The notes under the pieces: generated by a model
What the model was told of the DNA's origin: nothing
Seen by the model: the letters and a program-made list of their open reading frames with translations, nothing else
Database searches by the model: none
Translations under genes and position numbers: made by a program
Shown: piece by piece, positions 13,701-29,994 of the stretch
How positions within the stretch are numbered: the stretch's first letter is position 1
Layout: each line of letters starts with the position of its first letter
Source of the DNA: Cetorhinus maximus
Lineage: Eukaryota
Direction: 5' to 3'
Assembly: GCF_964194155.1 (NCBI RefSeq)
Contig: NC_135893.1
Location: 20,150,001-20,214,000, forward strand
DNA: 64,000 bases

Positions 13701-16700
13701 TAAATTTAATTGTCCTTTCCACTGGATAACACCATCTGTTTTCTCCCACCTAAAGCAGAGACAGAGAAAAAGAGAGCTTTCTTTAATGCTTTCATGTCCT
13801 TGAAATGGCCTAAAGTCCTTCACAACTAACAAAAAGATGTTTTGAAATGTCACTCTTTAGTAGGCAAATGTATGGCTAATACATGTATAGCACAGTCATA
13901 CAACAAGCAAATTAATAAATAACCAGATCATTTGTTTTTACTAGTATTGTTTGAGGAGGTAATGTTGCTCAGAATTCCAGGACAACTTGAGTAGTGCCAG
14001 AGGAAATGTTACTTACATGCTCATGGGCAGGCAGACAGTTTAATGTTTCATCCAAAGCATCAAACCTTTGACCGTGCAGCACTTCTTCAATACATCACCG
14101 AAGCACTTTTAACACTAACTGTTGCTGCAGATGCTCAGCTAATTTGGCGTAGACAAGGAATTGAGCCTGGGACTTTCTAGGTCCGCAGGGCGCTGTGGAC
14201 TAGTTGCTGTGCTATTGAGGGAGCACATACCTTAATATACCACATACTACTTAACTTGACTAATCAACATTAATAGACTATCCCCTATTGGTATCATATA
14301 CCTATGTATAATCCCCATTAATCTATATTCCACTATATCATAACATACTATGCTTAATACTCATTAATATACTATCCGCTATTTCATTACATTATATTCT
14401 TCAGCCCCCATAAATCTAAAATCAGAATTTTCATATCATAAAACCATTCATTTAACCCTCAATTATCTAACTTATAAATAATGTGGGTTGGTAAGAACGT
14501 CACATCCCGCTATTATAAGAAAATTGCTCTCTTTGTGGCACTATACTCGATTAATCCCTATCAATTGATCAAAACTGGCATCTGATTAATGCTTGACATA
14601 CTTATAATCCTTGATCGCATCAAGAATGCCAGCCTGCTAGTTCCCCTTAATGGCACTTTCGTCCTTGTTCATCTCAAGATTTATTGTACGCCCTGTTTTT
14701 TTATTCGGGTACGAAGCAATTACTATGCCCCGGGAGGGCTGATCTGGAACACTGAGATAAACTTGAGCCCACCTCGACATTTACTTAAAATACACATTAC
14801 TTATCATTCATGAGTTATAATTGTCAAGTTGATCATTACTGAGGGATAGAGAGATTGACTCCATAGTCGACAAGTTTCGATTTTTTTGATTAATGAAGCT
14901 ATGGTTTAAAAAATACACTTTCTTAACCCCCACTTAAACACTTTGTTTAAGTGTTGCTTTGTAAATTTCTAATGCAGAAGCTGGAATAAATTCCTCCTAT
15001 GTATTAGAATTGTGCTGTTTTATTTCTAGGCTGTACCTTTACTGTATTGGTTCATACTCGAGATGTTGCCACTCGAAATATGGAGAAAATTCAGGTGATA
15101 AAGGTGAGTAGACCATCTAGGTAGACGCAGTGGGCTAAAGTCTGTGATATGCAATCTGTTGATAATTTTGCAGGTTAATATCATATATGTCTCTGGTTAT
15201 TGGATCAGAGAAAAGTTCTGTAGCTTCACCACATCTACTTGAGAATGGTAAAACAAAAATTAAAAATACCTGGAAAAACTCAGCAGGTCTGGCAGCATCT
15301 GCGGAGAGGAACACAGTTAATGTTTCGAGTCCGTATGACTCTTCAACAGAAAAATCTGTTGAAGAGTCATACGGACTTGAAACATTAACTGTGTTCCTCT
15401 CTGCAGATGCTGCCAGACCTGCTGAGTTTTTCCAGGTATTTTTAGTTTTGTTTTGGATTTCCAGCATCCGCAGTTTTTTGCTCTTTACTTGAGAATGGTG
15501 GTGAGCATTCAGCTAACTTTGAAGGCGAAAGCTCCATAAATACCCAGTTATCTCTTTTGACTTTCCGTGTTGTAGCACCAACATCACTAACCATAAGTTT
15601 AACTGAATTGGCTGTATCATCACCATGTCCGGGGCAAATGGCTCACCTCCTGACCCCTCAAAGCTTCTCCATCACCCAGAAGCTTCAACTAAGGATCGTG
15701 ATGGAATTTCCTCCATTTGCTTGGATGGGGTAGATGCAACAGCCCTTAAACACCATCCACTGAATTCAATATCCACCCTCTATACCACCAGCATAAGCTT
15801 GCTTCAACACCTCCAGTCCAACGATCTACCACTAGAAGACAAAAAGCAGCAACATAATGTGGAACAGTGTGACATGCAAGTTTCCCTCAAGTCACACGCT
15901 TTCCTGACTTGGACATATGTCGCCATTCCCATTTTGTCACCAATGGATCAATATCCCCGAGGTCACTATCCAACACCATTCCAGGAGCACTATCACCATT
16001 ATGGACTGCAGCCACCAAGGAAACGGTCCACTATCGCCTTGGGGCAACTAGTAATAAACAATAAATTTCCCAAACCTGAGAACAAATACACAATAAACAA
16101 TTAATGTTGTGTTTCAGATTCACCCTTTGTTTGCTTATTCCTTGTGTAGGACTTCCCATGGATCCATGCTGATGAACAGGAAGTGAACATGCGAGAGCCA
16201 CGGCTCATCCCACTGAAAACTATGACATCAGATATCTTAAAGGTAACAACTTTAATTCTAGCAAGGGGTGTCTTGTGTTCTATTTGTGGTTCATGTGTAG
16301 TAGCTTATGAGCTTTGATTGTAAACTTATCAGATGTTTATGAAAAGATTTCTTGACCAGAAGAGAGTGCATTAGGTGGTGGCTTTGGGTGGCAAGTGAGG
16401 CAATTTGTTGAAAATACCATATATATAGGATCATCTACCCTTGTTTGTTTTCAGTGAACTTTCTGAAGATTGGATGCCAAATGCATAGGGTTGTAAAATT
16501 AACCCAGTTTATTGTAACTGCTGCTTCCTGGATTATATCTGAAGAAAATGATAACAGTGACTCTGATAAACTGATATATTTAGTAGCGCTGCAGTCCACT
16601 GTATGCACAGTTCTTACATTGGGATTTGCATTTGATACATGTTTTTTTTAACTCTTTTATAGATGCAGTTGTATGTTGAGGAGAGAGCTCAGAAAACATC

Positions 16701-16704
16701 CTGA
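4788..16704 (+). CDS. MAD2L2: MAD2L2 / REV7 (HORMA-domain subunit of Pol zeta and shieldin), 211 aa
   Basis: Exons 4788-4827, 5328-5446, 5676-5747, 10111-10211, 13169-13263, 15030-15103, 16150-16242, 16663-16704 total 636 nt, all GT-AG and in phase. Translation [68 protein letters not shown]...[13 protein letters not shown] closely matches vertebrate REV7. Confidence 0.98.
4960..5145 (-). repeat. Old dispersed SINE-like repeat, family unassigned; related copies ~32690-32830 (+), ~49180-49275 (-), ~52090-52250 (-)
   Basis: Degenerate shared words such as catcacag..gagcc..atcctgtcctc and ctcctgatcgctatccagtga across the copies. Confidence 0.45.
7241..9612 (+). mobile_element. tRNA-headed SINE body fused to a 5'-truncated CR1-Zenon-like LINE (RT region and 3' tail), inserted into an older copy of the same family
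   Basis: A box TGGCATAGTGG 7250-7260 and B box GGTTCGAATCC 7314-7324. RT motifs ([31 protein letters not shown]) in ORFs 7849-8475 and 8591-9037. 3' tail GGGCAATAAATGCTGGCC...A-rich. Flanks ~7130-7240 and ~9614-9870 are collinear diverged LINE sequence. Confidence 0.9.
10750..11810 (-). mobile_element. Old CR1 LINE fragments
   Basis: Remnant ORF2 peptide (EKEY...KGKPKSF...[13 protein letters not shown]) in ORF 11024-11254 and CR1 3'-like sequence nearby. Confidence 0.65.
12012..12630 (-). mobile_element. CR1 LINE 3' end (5'-truncated)
   Basis: ORF 12169-12387 ([30 protein letters not shown]) is the CR1 ORF2 C-terminus; (ATAGAAAC)n terminal repeat at ~12012. Confidence 0.9.
13800..14105 (-). 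mobile_element. Deu-domain SINE remnant
   Basis: Reverse-complement Deu-core words (tttaatgtttcatccaaag...gtgcagcacttc). Confidence 0.6.
14226..14930 (+). other. NUMT: nuclear copy of the mitochondrial control region (D-loop) in a MAD2L2 intron
   Basis: AT-rich TAS-like block (ctatgtataatccccattaatctatattcc...catactatgcttaatactcattaat), then central-domain words typical of shark control regions (ggttggtaagaa..cacatcccgctatt; aactggcatctgattaatgcttg; tcaagaatgccagc..ctagttcccc.taatggc) in the native order. Recognised from memory; no alignment was run. Confidence 0.85.
15250..15485. mobile_element. Fold-back mini-element derived from the Penelope-like pLTR end, 14-bp TSD
   Basis: ~100-bp near-perfect inverted arms centred at ~15352; TSD TACTTGAGAATGGT at 15236-15249 and 15486-15499; homologous to the 40421-40545 end of the large Penelope element. 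Confidence 0.9.
15620..16090 (+). mobile_element. Old diverged 3' fragment of the CR1-Zenon-like LINE
   Basis: Collinear with 9040-9560 (ctcacctcctgaccc, tcctgacttggacatat, tggactgcagc, gggcaactag). Confidence 0.7.
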
Positions 16705-17369
16705 TTACATGCCAGATCCAGTGGCCACAATACCAAATGAAACACAGATCCCAAGGCACTGGGCATGTTTCATCATTGAACTGACTTGTGGGGTATAAGA
16801 GAGCTTTCAAAACTCACGTAATGTGAAACATTAGCAGGGATCAAATCCTGAATTGGCACCTATGGGTTTTAACTCTCTTGTACTATAGGAATAATTTGTG
16901 GTTTGACTATGTACATTGTGTTGTGCTGCATTCATTGAGGATGAGGTGAAATTTGGTGTAAATTTTATGGTTCTAGGTCGAGGTTTGAAATAGCTTATCT
17001 CCTGCATGATTAGGCATTGCTTTTTAAATTGGCGGTCAGACTTTCTCTGAACAGACTGTAGAGCAATGGTAAAGCATTGTAGAAATGCACAAGGCTTATA
17101 ATCTGCAGCTGTTCCAGCAGTTAACTACCAGCTTCCATAATAAGGAATTAGTCATCTGTGTGTGAGGTCACGACCCTCACAAGATGGGAGGGAGCAGACC
17201 TGTCCTAGCCTACCAGAGTAGGTGTCCTGGACAGGGCTGAAGTCTTGGGCTGTATAGCATTTCTAGATGGAAGAAACTGTGGTTGAGTGAAAGAATATTT
17301 TATAAAATTAAAAACAGAAATTTGTGAGATTTGTGTATTTTTTCTTTGTACTTTTTCTAAAATGCTGAA

Positions 17370-17375
17370 AATAAA
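17370..17375 (+). terminator. Probable MAD2L2 polyadenylation signal
   Basis: AATAAA ~670 nt after the stop, preceded by U-rich sequence. Confidence 0.55.
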
Positions 17376-18257
17376 GTAAATAAGAACTAAACTGTTGACA
17401 GGATATTGTGTGAAATCTAGTAAAAGCCTAATTGAAAATCCCATTTTCAAGTTCATTTACTCCTTTCTCTTGGTGATGTAGGGAAATTGCCCAAGGTATT
17501 TCACAGAAACACAATCGGACACAATTAGATGCTTAACTGGAGAAGATGTTAGGAGGAGTGATCAAAAGCTTAGTCAAAGAAGTGGAACTTAAGAACTGTA
17601 AGTGAGGATGGAAAGGTCGAGGGGTTTAGGGAGAAAATTTCATAGAATGAATTTATCTTGAGTGCAAAGTGGATGACTTCATACTTGACCACATTGAACT
17701 TAATTTGCTGTAGTACTACCGACTCATTTAATCTCCCTATGTCCCTTTGAAACGTCCTACTCCTATCTGGACTACTTACTGTCTCTTCTAGCTTGGTGTC
17801 ACCTTAAATATAAAATAACACTTTCTTCAACTTAAGTTGAGGCCCCATAATGTCCCGAGACCATGTCACTCCTGCCAACCTAAGTACCTTTATCCCCACT
17901 GTCTCCAATTTCCAGTCCAATTCTGTGCTCTCAGTTTTGATAATTTCTTCTGTGCAACCTCAACAAATGCTTTCTGGAAGTTCACTTGGATAATGTTCGT
18001 TGATTCCTTTACCTACCTTTGATAGCAACTTCCTCAAAGCATTCAACTAAATTTAGTCACACATGATATGTCCTTAACTAATCTTTGTTGGATTTCTGTT
18101 CAGCTCATCTATGTTCAAGTACTGATGCACTCTGTCCCTAATGACAGATTCCCATAGCTTCCTACAACTGACCTAAAACTGACTGACCTGAAGTTACCTG
18201 GTTTCTCTCTCATTCTTAAGTAATCTAATGACAAGAGAAAATTTTCAATCAAATGGC

Positions 18258-19390
18258 ATATTTCCCACATTTCTGCCCTCACCTCTTTCCCTCCCTCCCA
18301 GAACTACGATAGGGTCCCCCTTGTCCTTATTTTTCACCCCACCAGCCTCCGCGTTCAGATGATCATCCTCTGCCATTTCTGCCAACTGCAGCATGATGCC
18401 ACCACCAAACACATCTTTCCCTCTCCCCGTCAGCATTCCGTAGGGACCGTTCCCTCTGTGACACCCTGGTCTACTCCTCCATCACCCCTAACTCCTCATC
18501 CATTTCCCCCAGCACCTTCCCATGCAATCGCAGAAGGTGCAATACCTGCCCCCTTACCTCCTCCCTGTTCAATGGCCCAAACACTCCTTTTGCACCTCCT
18601 TCAATTTGGGAGCAGTACATACAGTAGACCAATGCAGTCTCCTCTACATTGGGTAGACTAAACGCAGACTGGGTGACTGCTTTGTGCAACACTTTTGCTC
18701 AGTCTGCAAGCATGACCCAGACCTTCCTATTGCTTACCATTTCAACACACCACCTCACTCTCATGCCCACATGTCCGTCCTTGCCTGCTGTGATGTTCCA
18801 GTGAAGCCCAATGCAAACTGGAGGAACAGCACTTCATCTTCCAATTAGGCACTTTACAGCCTTCTGGATTTAACATTGAGTTCAGCAACTTTAGACCATG
18901 AACTCTCTCCTCTATCCTTGCCTCTTTTTAAATCATTGTTTTTTTTAATGTTGTTTTTTTACTTAATGTTAATTTATTCATTTTATCCTTTTTGCCCAAA
19001 CACCCCCACCCACAGGACCATCTGTCACTGTTTTCTATGTTGTGCTTTCACAGAATGCTGACCCTTGTTCTGCTATTAACACATTCTGCTCTTACCTTTG
19101 TCACTATCTGCACCCTCTTTAGTCTTTATCACTACTGTTAACACTCCTTTTATCTTGTGTCCATGACATCTTTGTCAATTTCTCCTTAGCTCCCACCTAT
19201 CCCTGACCTATCTTGCTCCACTCCCCTTAAACAGTATAAAATCCATCACATTTCTACTTCTCTTTAGCTCTGATGAAGTCATACAGTCAAAACGTTAACT
19301 CTGTTTCTCTCCACAGATGCTGCCAGACTTGCTGAGCTTTTCCAGCATTTTTTTATTTCAGATTTCCAGCATTCACAGTATTTTGCTTTC
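18258..19390 (+). mobile_element. Degraded Penelope-like element 3' part (GIY-YIG region and pLTR with hammerhead remnant)
   Basis: Collinear with 39390-40545 (gatagggtcccccttgtcct, catgatgccaccaccaaacacatc, ctctacattgg, ctggaggaacagcac). CTGATGA...AAACGTTAAC at ~19270-19300. Confidence 0.88.
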
Positions 19391-20179
19391 ATCTCACTAT
19401 TAGCCTTTATACCACTTGCAACTTTTTTTGTTACAATTTTGTAGCTCTTAAAGTTTTCTTGTGTCTTATTGTTGTTATCTATAATTCTCTCAGGTTGCTC
19501 GATGACAGTTTTTCTTGTATCTTACCTTATATATTGTCTGTGGTTGCTTGACTGTATATGTGGAATTTTTGTTCTTCAGTGATATATTCATCTTCAGCTA
19601 TTTCACCAGTGACTTTCCCTGTACTGCATACTTACATTGACTCTAGCATTCCCTGGATTGTAAAATCTCATCCATGCTTTCAAATCCCTCTATCGTCTTG
19701 CCCTTCCCTACCTCCTCCAGCCCAAAAACCCTTCCAGATCTCTGTGTTCTTCTCCAACTCTGACCTCTTGTGTATCCCTGATTTTAAACGCTCCACCATT
19801 AGCAGCTGTGCTATCTTACCTAGCCCTCAGCTCTGGAATCTTCCTAAACTTCTCAACCAGCCTCTCTACCTCCTTGTCCTTTAAAGTGTTTCTTAAAACT
19901 ACATCCTTGATATTTCCTTAAGTGCCTTGGTGTCAAGTTTTGTTTGATAATGATTCCTAGGGACGTTTTACTGGTTTAAAAATGTTACACAAATGCAAAT
20001 TGCATTACTCTCGATCATGACAGAAGTTGGGCTGCTAATTGATAATTGCAGTCTTCAGTTCAATTCACGGTTGTACACTCAATAATCAATTCTAAGCTTG
20101 GATTGATAGCGGCAAGTAACATTCTGCTAAACAAAGTGACAGGCAATGACCATATGTGACAGCTACCTGACATTGTCAT

Positions 20180-20308
20180 TGTCACGCGCTTGGACTTCGG
20201 CGACGCACACTGGAATGGACGGGGTTTGGCGACGCACACTGGAGTGGGCGGGGTTTGGTGACGTTCACCCGGGTCCTACTTGAACTCTTCGGCCCCGCCC
20301 TGGCTGCC
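20180..20308 (+). promoter_or_regulatory. CpG-rich AKR7A promoter with a 29-bp tandem duplication
   Basis: ggcgacgcacactgga.tgg.cggggttt at 20199 and 20228, partial third copy at 20257; GC boxes gggcgggg and ccccgccc. Confidence 0.7.
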
Positions 20309-25215
<4,907 letters not shown>

Positions 25216-25724
25216 AACAGACCTCAATAAGGAGGGCTTCTTAAAATATACACACAAATAATAAATTTAATAATTGCCACATTTTTTGTCAAACCTGGTT
25301 CTAAGATCATTTAATATGTCTGGATATGGATAAAATGATTCATGTAACTAATTATGTTCCGATGATTTGGCTGCCAGTAATCCTGGTGGAAATAGGAAAT
25401 GATTTACAGATATAGATGGCTGAGGTAAATTTCCTGTGATAAGGAATCAGGCAGCCTAGGACAAAAACATCAGTAAGATAAAGGAGATTGCACTGAGGAC
25501 CTTTTCAGTTACTCCATGACTGTTGGAGAATTGAACTATAAACATAAACTGCAAATAGATCAAAGCTGTTACTGAAAGTACAGAAATATTTGTTTTAAAT
25601 CTATCTCCAATGGAGAATTAAAACCAAGACTAATTGACCATTTATATATTTGTTAGTGCTTGACTCATCCATTGCATCAGACATGGGGAGGATTCAGCTG
25701 AAACAAGATGAATGTCCTAAAATG

Positions 25725-26108
25725 AGCAAGTGTTGCCCATTCCCAATTACCCTTGAAGGTGAACTACTTTTTTGAATCTCTGCAGTCCATGTGGGTAGGT
25801 ACACCCACAGTCCTTGTTTTCCTATAGCAGTTTGATACAACTGAGTGACTTGCTGTGCCATTTCAAAGGGCAGTTAAGAGTCATATGTAGGTCAGACCAG
25901 GTAAGGATAGCAAATTTCCTCTCCTGAAGGACATTAATGAACCAGATAAGTTTTTCCCCCAAAATCCAGTAGTTTCATGATTATTGAGACTAGCTTTTTA
26001 TTCCAAATTAATTAATCTTAAATTCCCACAGCTGCCATAATATTATTTGAACTCATGTCTATGCCTCTGGATTACTAGTCCATAACATTACCACTATGCT
26101 ACAGTCCC
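25725..26108 (-). mobile_element. tRNA-headed SINE (internal-deletion derivative of the Zenon-like LINE)
   Basis: Minus strand reads tRNA-like head (tagcatagtgg...gagttcaaat), the ggttcattaatgtccttcagg body, caaactgcta, then LINE tail ctgtgggtgtacctacccacatggactgcag...caagggtaattggg. Confidence 0.8.
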
Positions 26109-26639
26109 TGATGTTAAACTGGTAACTTGCCTACTTGTGTGGGTGGATATAAAAGATGCTAGGGCCCTATTCCAAGAACAGGGCATTCTGGCTAACATCT
26201 ATCTCCCAGTGATAATCTCTCAAAAAACACATCTGGATTATTTACGTCACTGCTGTTACTGGTATCTTCCTGCCCATAAATTAGCTGCCACCTACAATAG
26301 TGACTACACTTCAAAGCTGATCATTAGCTATGAAGAGCTCAGGAAGGAGCTTATATAAACAAGAGTTCTTTTGACTATTAGTGTTAAATCAATAGGTTCC
26401 CTGAAGGTCGGTAGAAACCAATTAATCTCAGACATTGCGTGCCTCTTCAACCATTAGGTGAGACCCGGCCAATAAATCTGTTGAAGTTCCAAACTTTTAT
26501 TAAAAATCCACACTAAAGTTAGTGTCCATTACTGCAACAACTGATATCCCAAATGTTCGTGACATTGCTCATTAGCCACTGAAGGTTAATACTGATGGCA
26601 CACACAGACTGCAGCCCTTGAACTTCCAATCAGTCCTGC

Positions 26640-29600
26640 TCATCTTCCATCTCCTCCACCTCTGTTGCTTCTTGCACCAGTCACTGTCAGTTGCTCAAAT
26701 TTACCAGTCTCAGAGTTCCACACACAGTTTATAGTCACTTTGAAGGCAGCCATCTCAACACCAAGCAGTTTCTGGGAGAGACAAGAGTGGACAATTAAGA
26801 ACTTACATAGTATCCATATCACCAATATTTATATTTTTATTTAAATGCAAATTTGGAAAATTCTATTTTGACTTTCAGGTAAGTTTTTCCAACTTATTGG
26901 TACATTCCACCTGCTTCTCAGTTACTTCAGTTTCTGAAAGTTATTTTTTAAAAAGTAAAGACTAACCAGAAGACGTGCTTGTTCAGGAGTCAGTGAGGCA
27001 CCTTCTTTACACACTTCATAATCAGACAATAACGTTACAACACCTAGAAGACAGACCACAGACAGTGAAATCCAACTATTGCCTACTGTTCCAAATCTTC
27101 TTTCATATGTGACAGTAAAAAACGAGAGCACCTCTAGTTACTCTGACATCACCAGTTTGCATGAGTTGCCATTGCTCATTACAGTACCTTTCTTCAATGT
27201 GGTTGGTAACCCAAGCTGTCGCAGTTGTGGCTCGAGAGAGTGTATGAACTGTGGCAGCGGCCCAGCATCAAGTGTAACAGCCATCGTGGCTGTATTCCCA
27301 GCACGAGCAAAATCGGACTCCGTGTATTGATCAAACCACCTACAGATTGGAGCAAGAGATAGTGTGTTGGGCAGCTCAGCAGAAAGACCAAAGAATTAAA
27401 AGTAAGAGTGGGAGCAGCTCAAGCAGGTCAGAGAGAGGTTGGACAGAAAAATGCTGCGAGACTCACTCAATCACTTCCACCTTTGTGCGATTAGTGAACA
27501 GGAGACCAACTTCACCTTGCAACTGTTTACTGACCTAGAAGAAAAGACATTATAAAATTCTGCAGATGCTGGAAATATTCAGGTCAGGCAGCATCTGGAA
27601 CAAGCAATGCAGGGTTAATGTTTCATGTCAATGACCTTTCACTATAATGACAAAAGATAGACCTGAAACGTTAACCCTATAAACTTTTGAGTTTTCATTA
27701 TGGAAATGTAGGTTGAAATATGGAGTCACAGATCCCATACATAGCCCAGTCACTGAGATCTCACCTTATGCAAACCGTCTTTGTATTCGTCTGCTGGTTC
27801 TCTTCCCAGTGCCACCATCATCACTTTGTTTTTACCAAAGAAAAACCTGCACAAGCACAAAATAGAAGTTTCACACTTACTTACATAACAGACTGATAGC
27901 AACTCATTGACTTGGATAAATAATCAGTGAGGAAGTAAGAAACTGGAGGGATAATGGATATGCATTCAAAATTGGCAAGATAGGATTAGTGGTGGCCCCG
28001 GGATCTGTATTAGGTCCTTTTCACTATATTTATAAATTACTTTAATAAAAGGAATAGGAAGCTGTACATCTAAGTTTGCTGCTGGAATTAAGTTAGATGG
28101 GACAGTGAATATTGTAGATGGCAATGGAAAGTTTCAAAGGGATAGTGATAGATTAAGTGGGCAAAACTTTGGCAGATGGAATTTGGTGTTCACTTTGGGA
28201 CCACAAAAGATAAATCGGAATACTTTCCAAATGATGAAAATCTTAACTGTTTAGGGTCACAGAAATTTCACAACTGAAACTGATAAGATTTTTGTTAGAT
28301 ATGGGCATCAAAAGATGAAGAATCAAGGCAGATATGTGGAGATAAGACAAATCAGCCACAATCTAATTAAATGATGGAACAAGCTCAAGGGGCTGAATGG
28401 CCTACTCCTATAATTAAATGATGGAACAAGCTCAAGGGGCTGAATGGCCTACTCCTGTTTCTAGGTTCCTCGAACAGAAATAAAACTAATTTACAGTGGC
28501 CTGGTACCCATTTTACTGCAGTTAGTATGTGTCTGGGGAGGGCAGTTTAAATCCAAGTGACTTACCGACTATGTTTCCAGGCACTCCGCATGTCCTTTAG
28601 TTTGTTATTTCTCATATTCTCAATAGAAAAGACAAAGAGATTCTTGTAGGTGTCCACACATTTCCTTAACTAAAAAAAAGACAAGCCAATGAACACCAGT
28701 GATAAGGGTTCAAACACACTGTCAGCATACTTTGGCCAATTTTCCATCAGATATTTTATTAGTTTCAATGCTGAAGGATTAACCATACAACAACCTGATT
28801 CACACCTTGAATGTAGGAAAATGACCAAACAAACTGCACAGAAGGATTATCAATCAAAATTTGACAGCCATACAAGGAGATATTAGGGCAGGTGACGAAA
28901 GATTGGACAAAGGTAGGCTTTAAAGAGAGAAGTTTAGGAAAGGAATTTCAGAGTTTAGCACCTTGGCAACTGAATGCATGGCCACTGATTGGGATAAAGG
29001 TTACTGAGATAGGGAGTTGCAAGGCCACAGGGGGATTTGAATGCAAAGATGAGAATTACAAATTTCAGGCATTGCTGGACCATGAACCAATGCAGGCTAG
29101 CATGCACGGGACGAACAGAATTTACAGAATTTAAGATTAGCTCAAGAGATGGCATGAGGGGAGATAGTGAAAGACAAGTTTAGAATTAGAACAGGGGTGG
29201 GCATGAATCATAACTTGGTGAGCAAGGGAAGCAAGAGATTGGCAGAGGAGGCCACAATATAAAGTCTCAAATTTAGTGTTAGAGGTTCACGGATTTAAGG
29301 GTACAATCAGTATCATAGACAAGCCAAAGATTATTTTTGTTCTTGTTATGGGCCAGCCAGATCTCAGTAATGACTAAATCTTTCGAGAGCAAAAATAGGA
29401 TCTACCGGGGTAGGGTACTGGAGATAAGGGCATCAAAGGAAGCGGCGAGGGTGTTTTTTGAGCCAATCGGCAGCTGCAAAAATGTTTTGTTGAGGGCCAA
29501 AGACTGGACATTTGGGAATTTGTTGTTTTAAGTTATTTGAGGAGGGAGGCGAGGAAAAGATTTTCCCAGAGTCGTCACAGGCGATGAGATTGTGAGGAAA

Positions 29601-29994
29601 TATGACCAGAGATGAGCGGGCTTGTGACCTGGAGGATGGGAGCAGAGAAAGGGATAGAACAGAGAGGCCCGAGAGGCCGTTCTAGCTGCGACAATGTGGT
29701 CAATGCGATTATTGACTTACCTCCTCGATCAGGTTCTGTTTGACTTGCAATCCTTTCTTTGTTGTTTTAGTCAAAGAAACTGCAGAAATAATATAAAAGG
29801 AATGAGTTTGTTGAACATTTCAACCAGCAAAACTCTGAGCCTGGAACCGACCATTTAGGCCCCGAGCCTCGGGTCCAGGTTTGTGAAAATTCTCGGATTT
29901 AGTCAAATTCGCCAAAAATATACTCATTCGGTCCACCCCCCCCCCCCGGGACAAGCCGACTCTTACCCCGCTTGTCGCGCCGGGATCGCGGCAT
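26640..29994 (-). CDS. MRTO4: MRTO4 ribosome maturation factor (233 aa as assembled; probable true stop at 26630 if the frameshift is an error)
   Basis: Exons 29994-29967, 29779-29721, 28669-28566, 27846-27765, 27534-27467, 27339-27188, 27043-26967, 26771-26640, GT-AG and in phase. [37 protein letters not shown]...[15 protein letters not shown]...[10 protein letters not shown]...[11 protein letters not shown]...[13 protein letters not shown]. Confidence 0.97.
27930..28470 (+). mobile_element. Old CR1 3' fragment with a 46-bp perfect tandem duplication at its end
   Basis: RT-like remnants (tctaagtttgct, tggcagatggaattt); taattaaatgatggaacaagctcaaggggctgaatggcctactcct at 28364 and 28411. Confidence 0.75.

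Noticed and set aside
15135-15492. Two mirror-image ORFs with an internally repeated peptide ([14 protein letters not shown]...)
   Set aside because: Translation of a palindromic repeat; the same pseudo-peptide appears at other pLTR fragments.
28364-28456. 46-bp perfect direct repeat
   Set aside because: Simple local duplication at a CR1 3' end, with no spacer or array structure.
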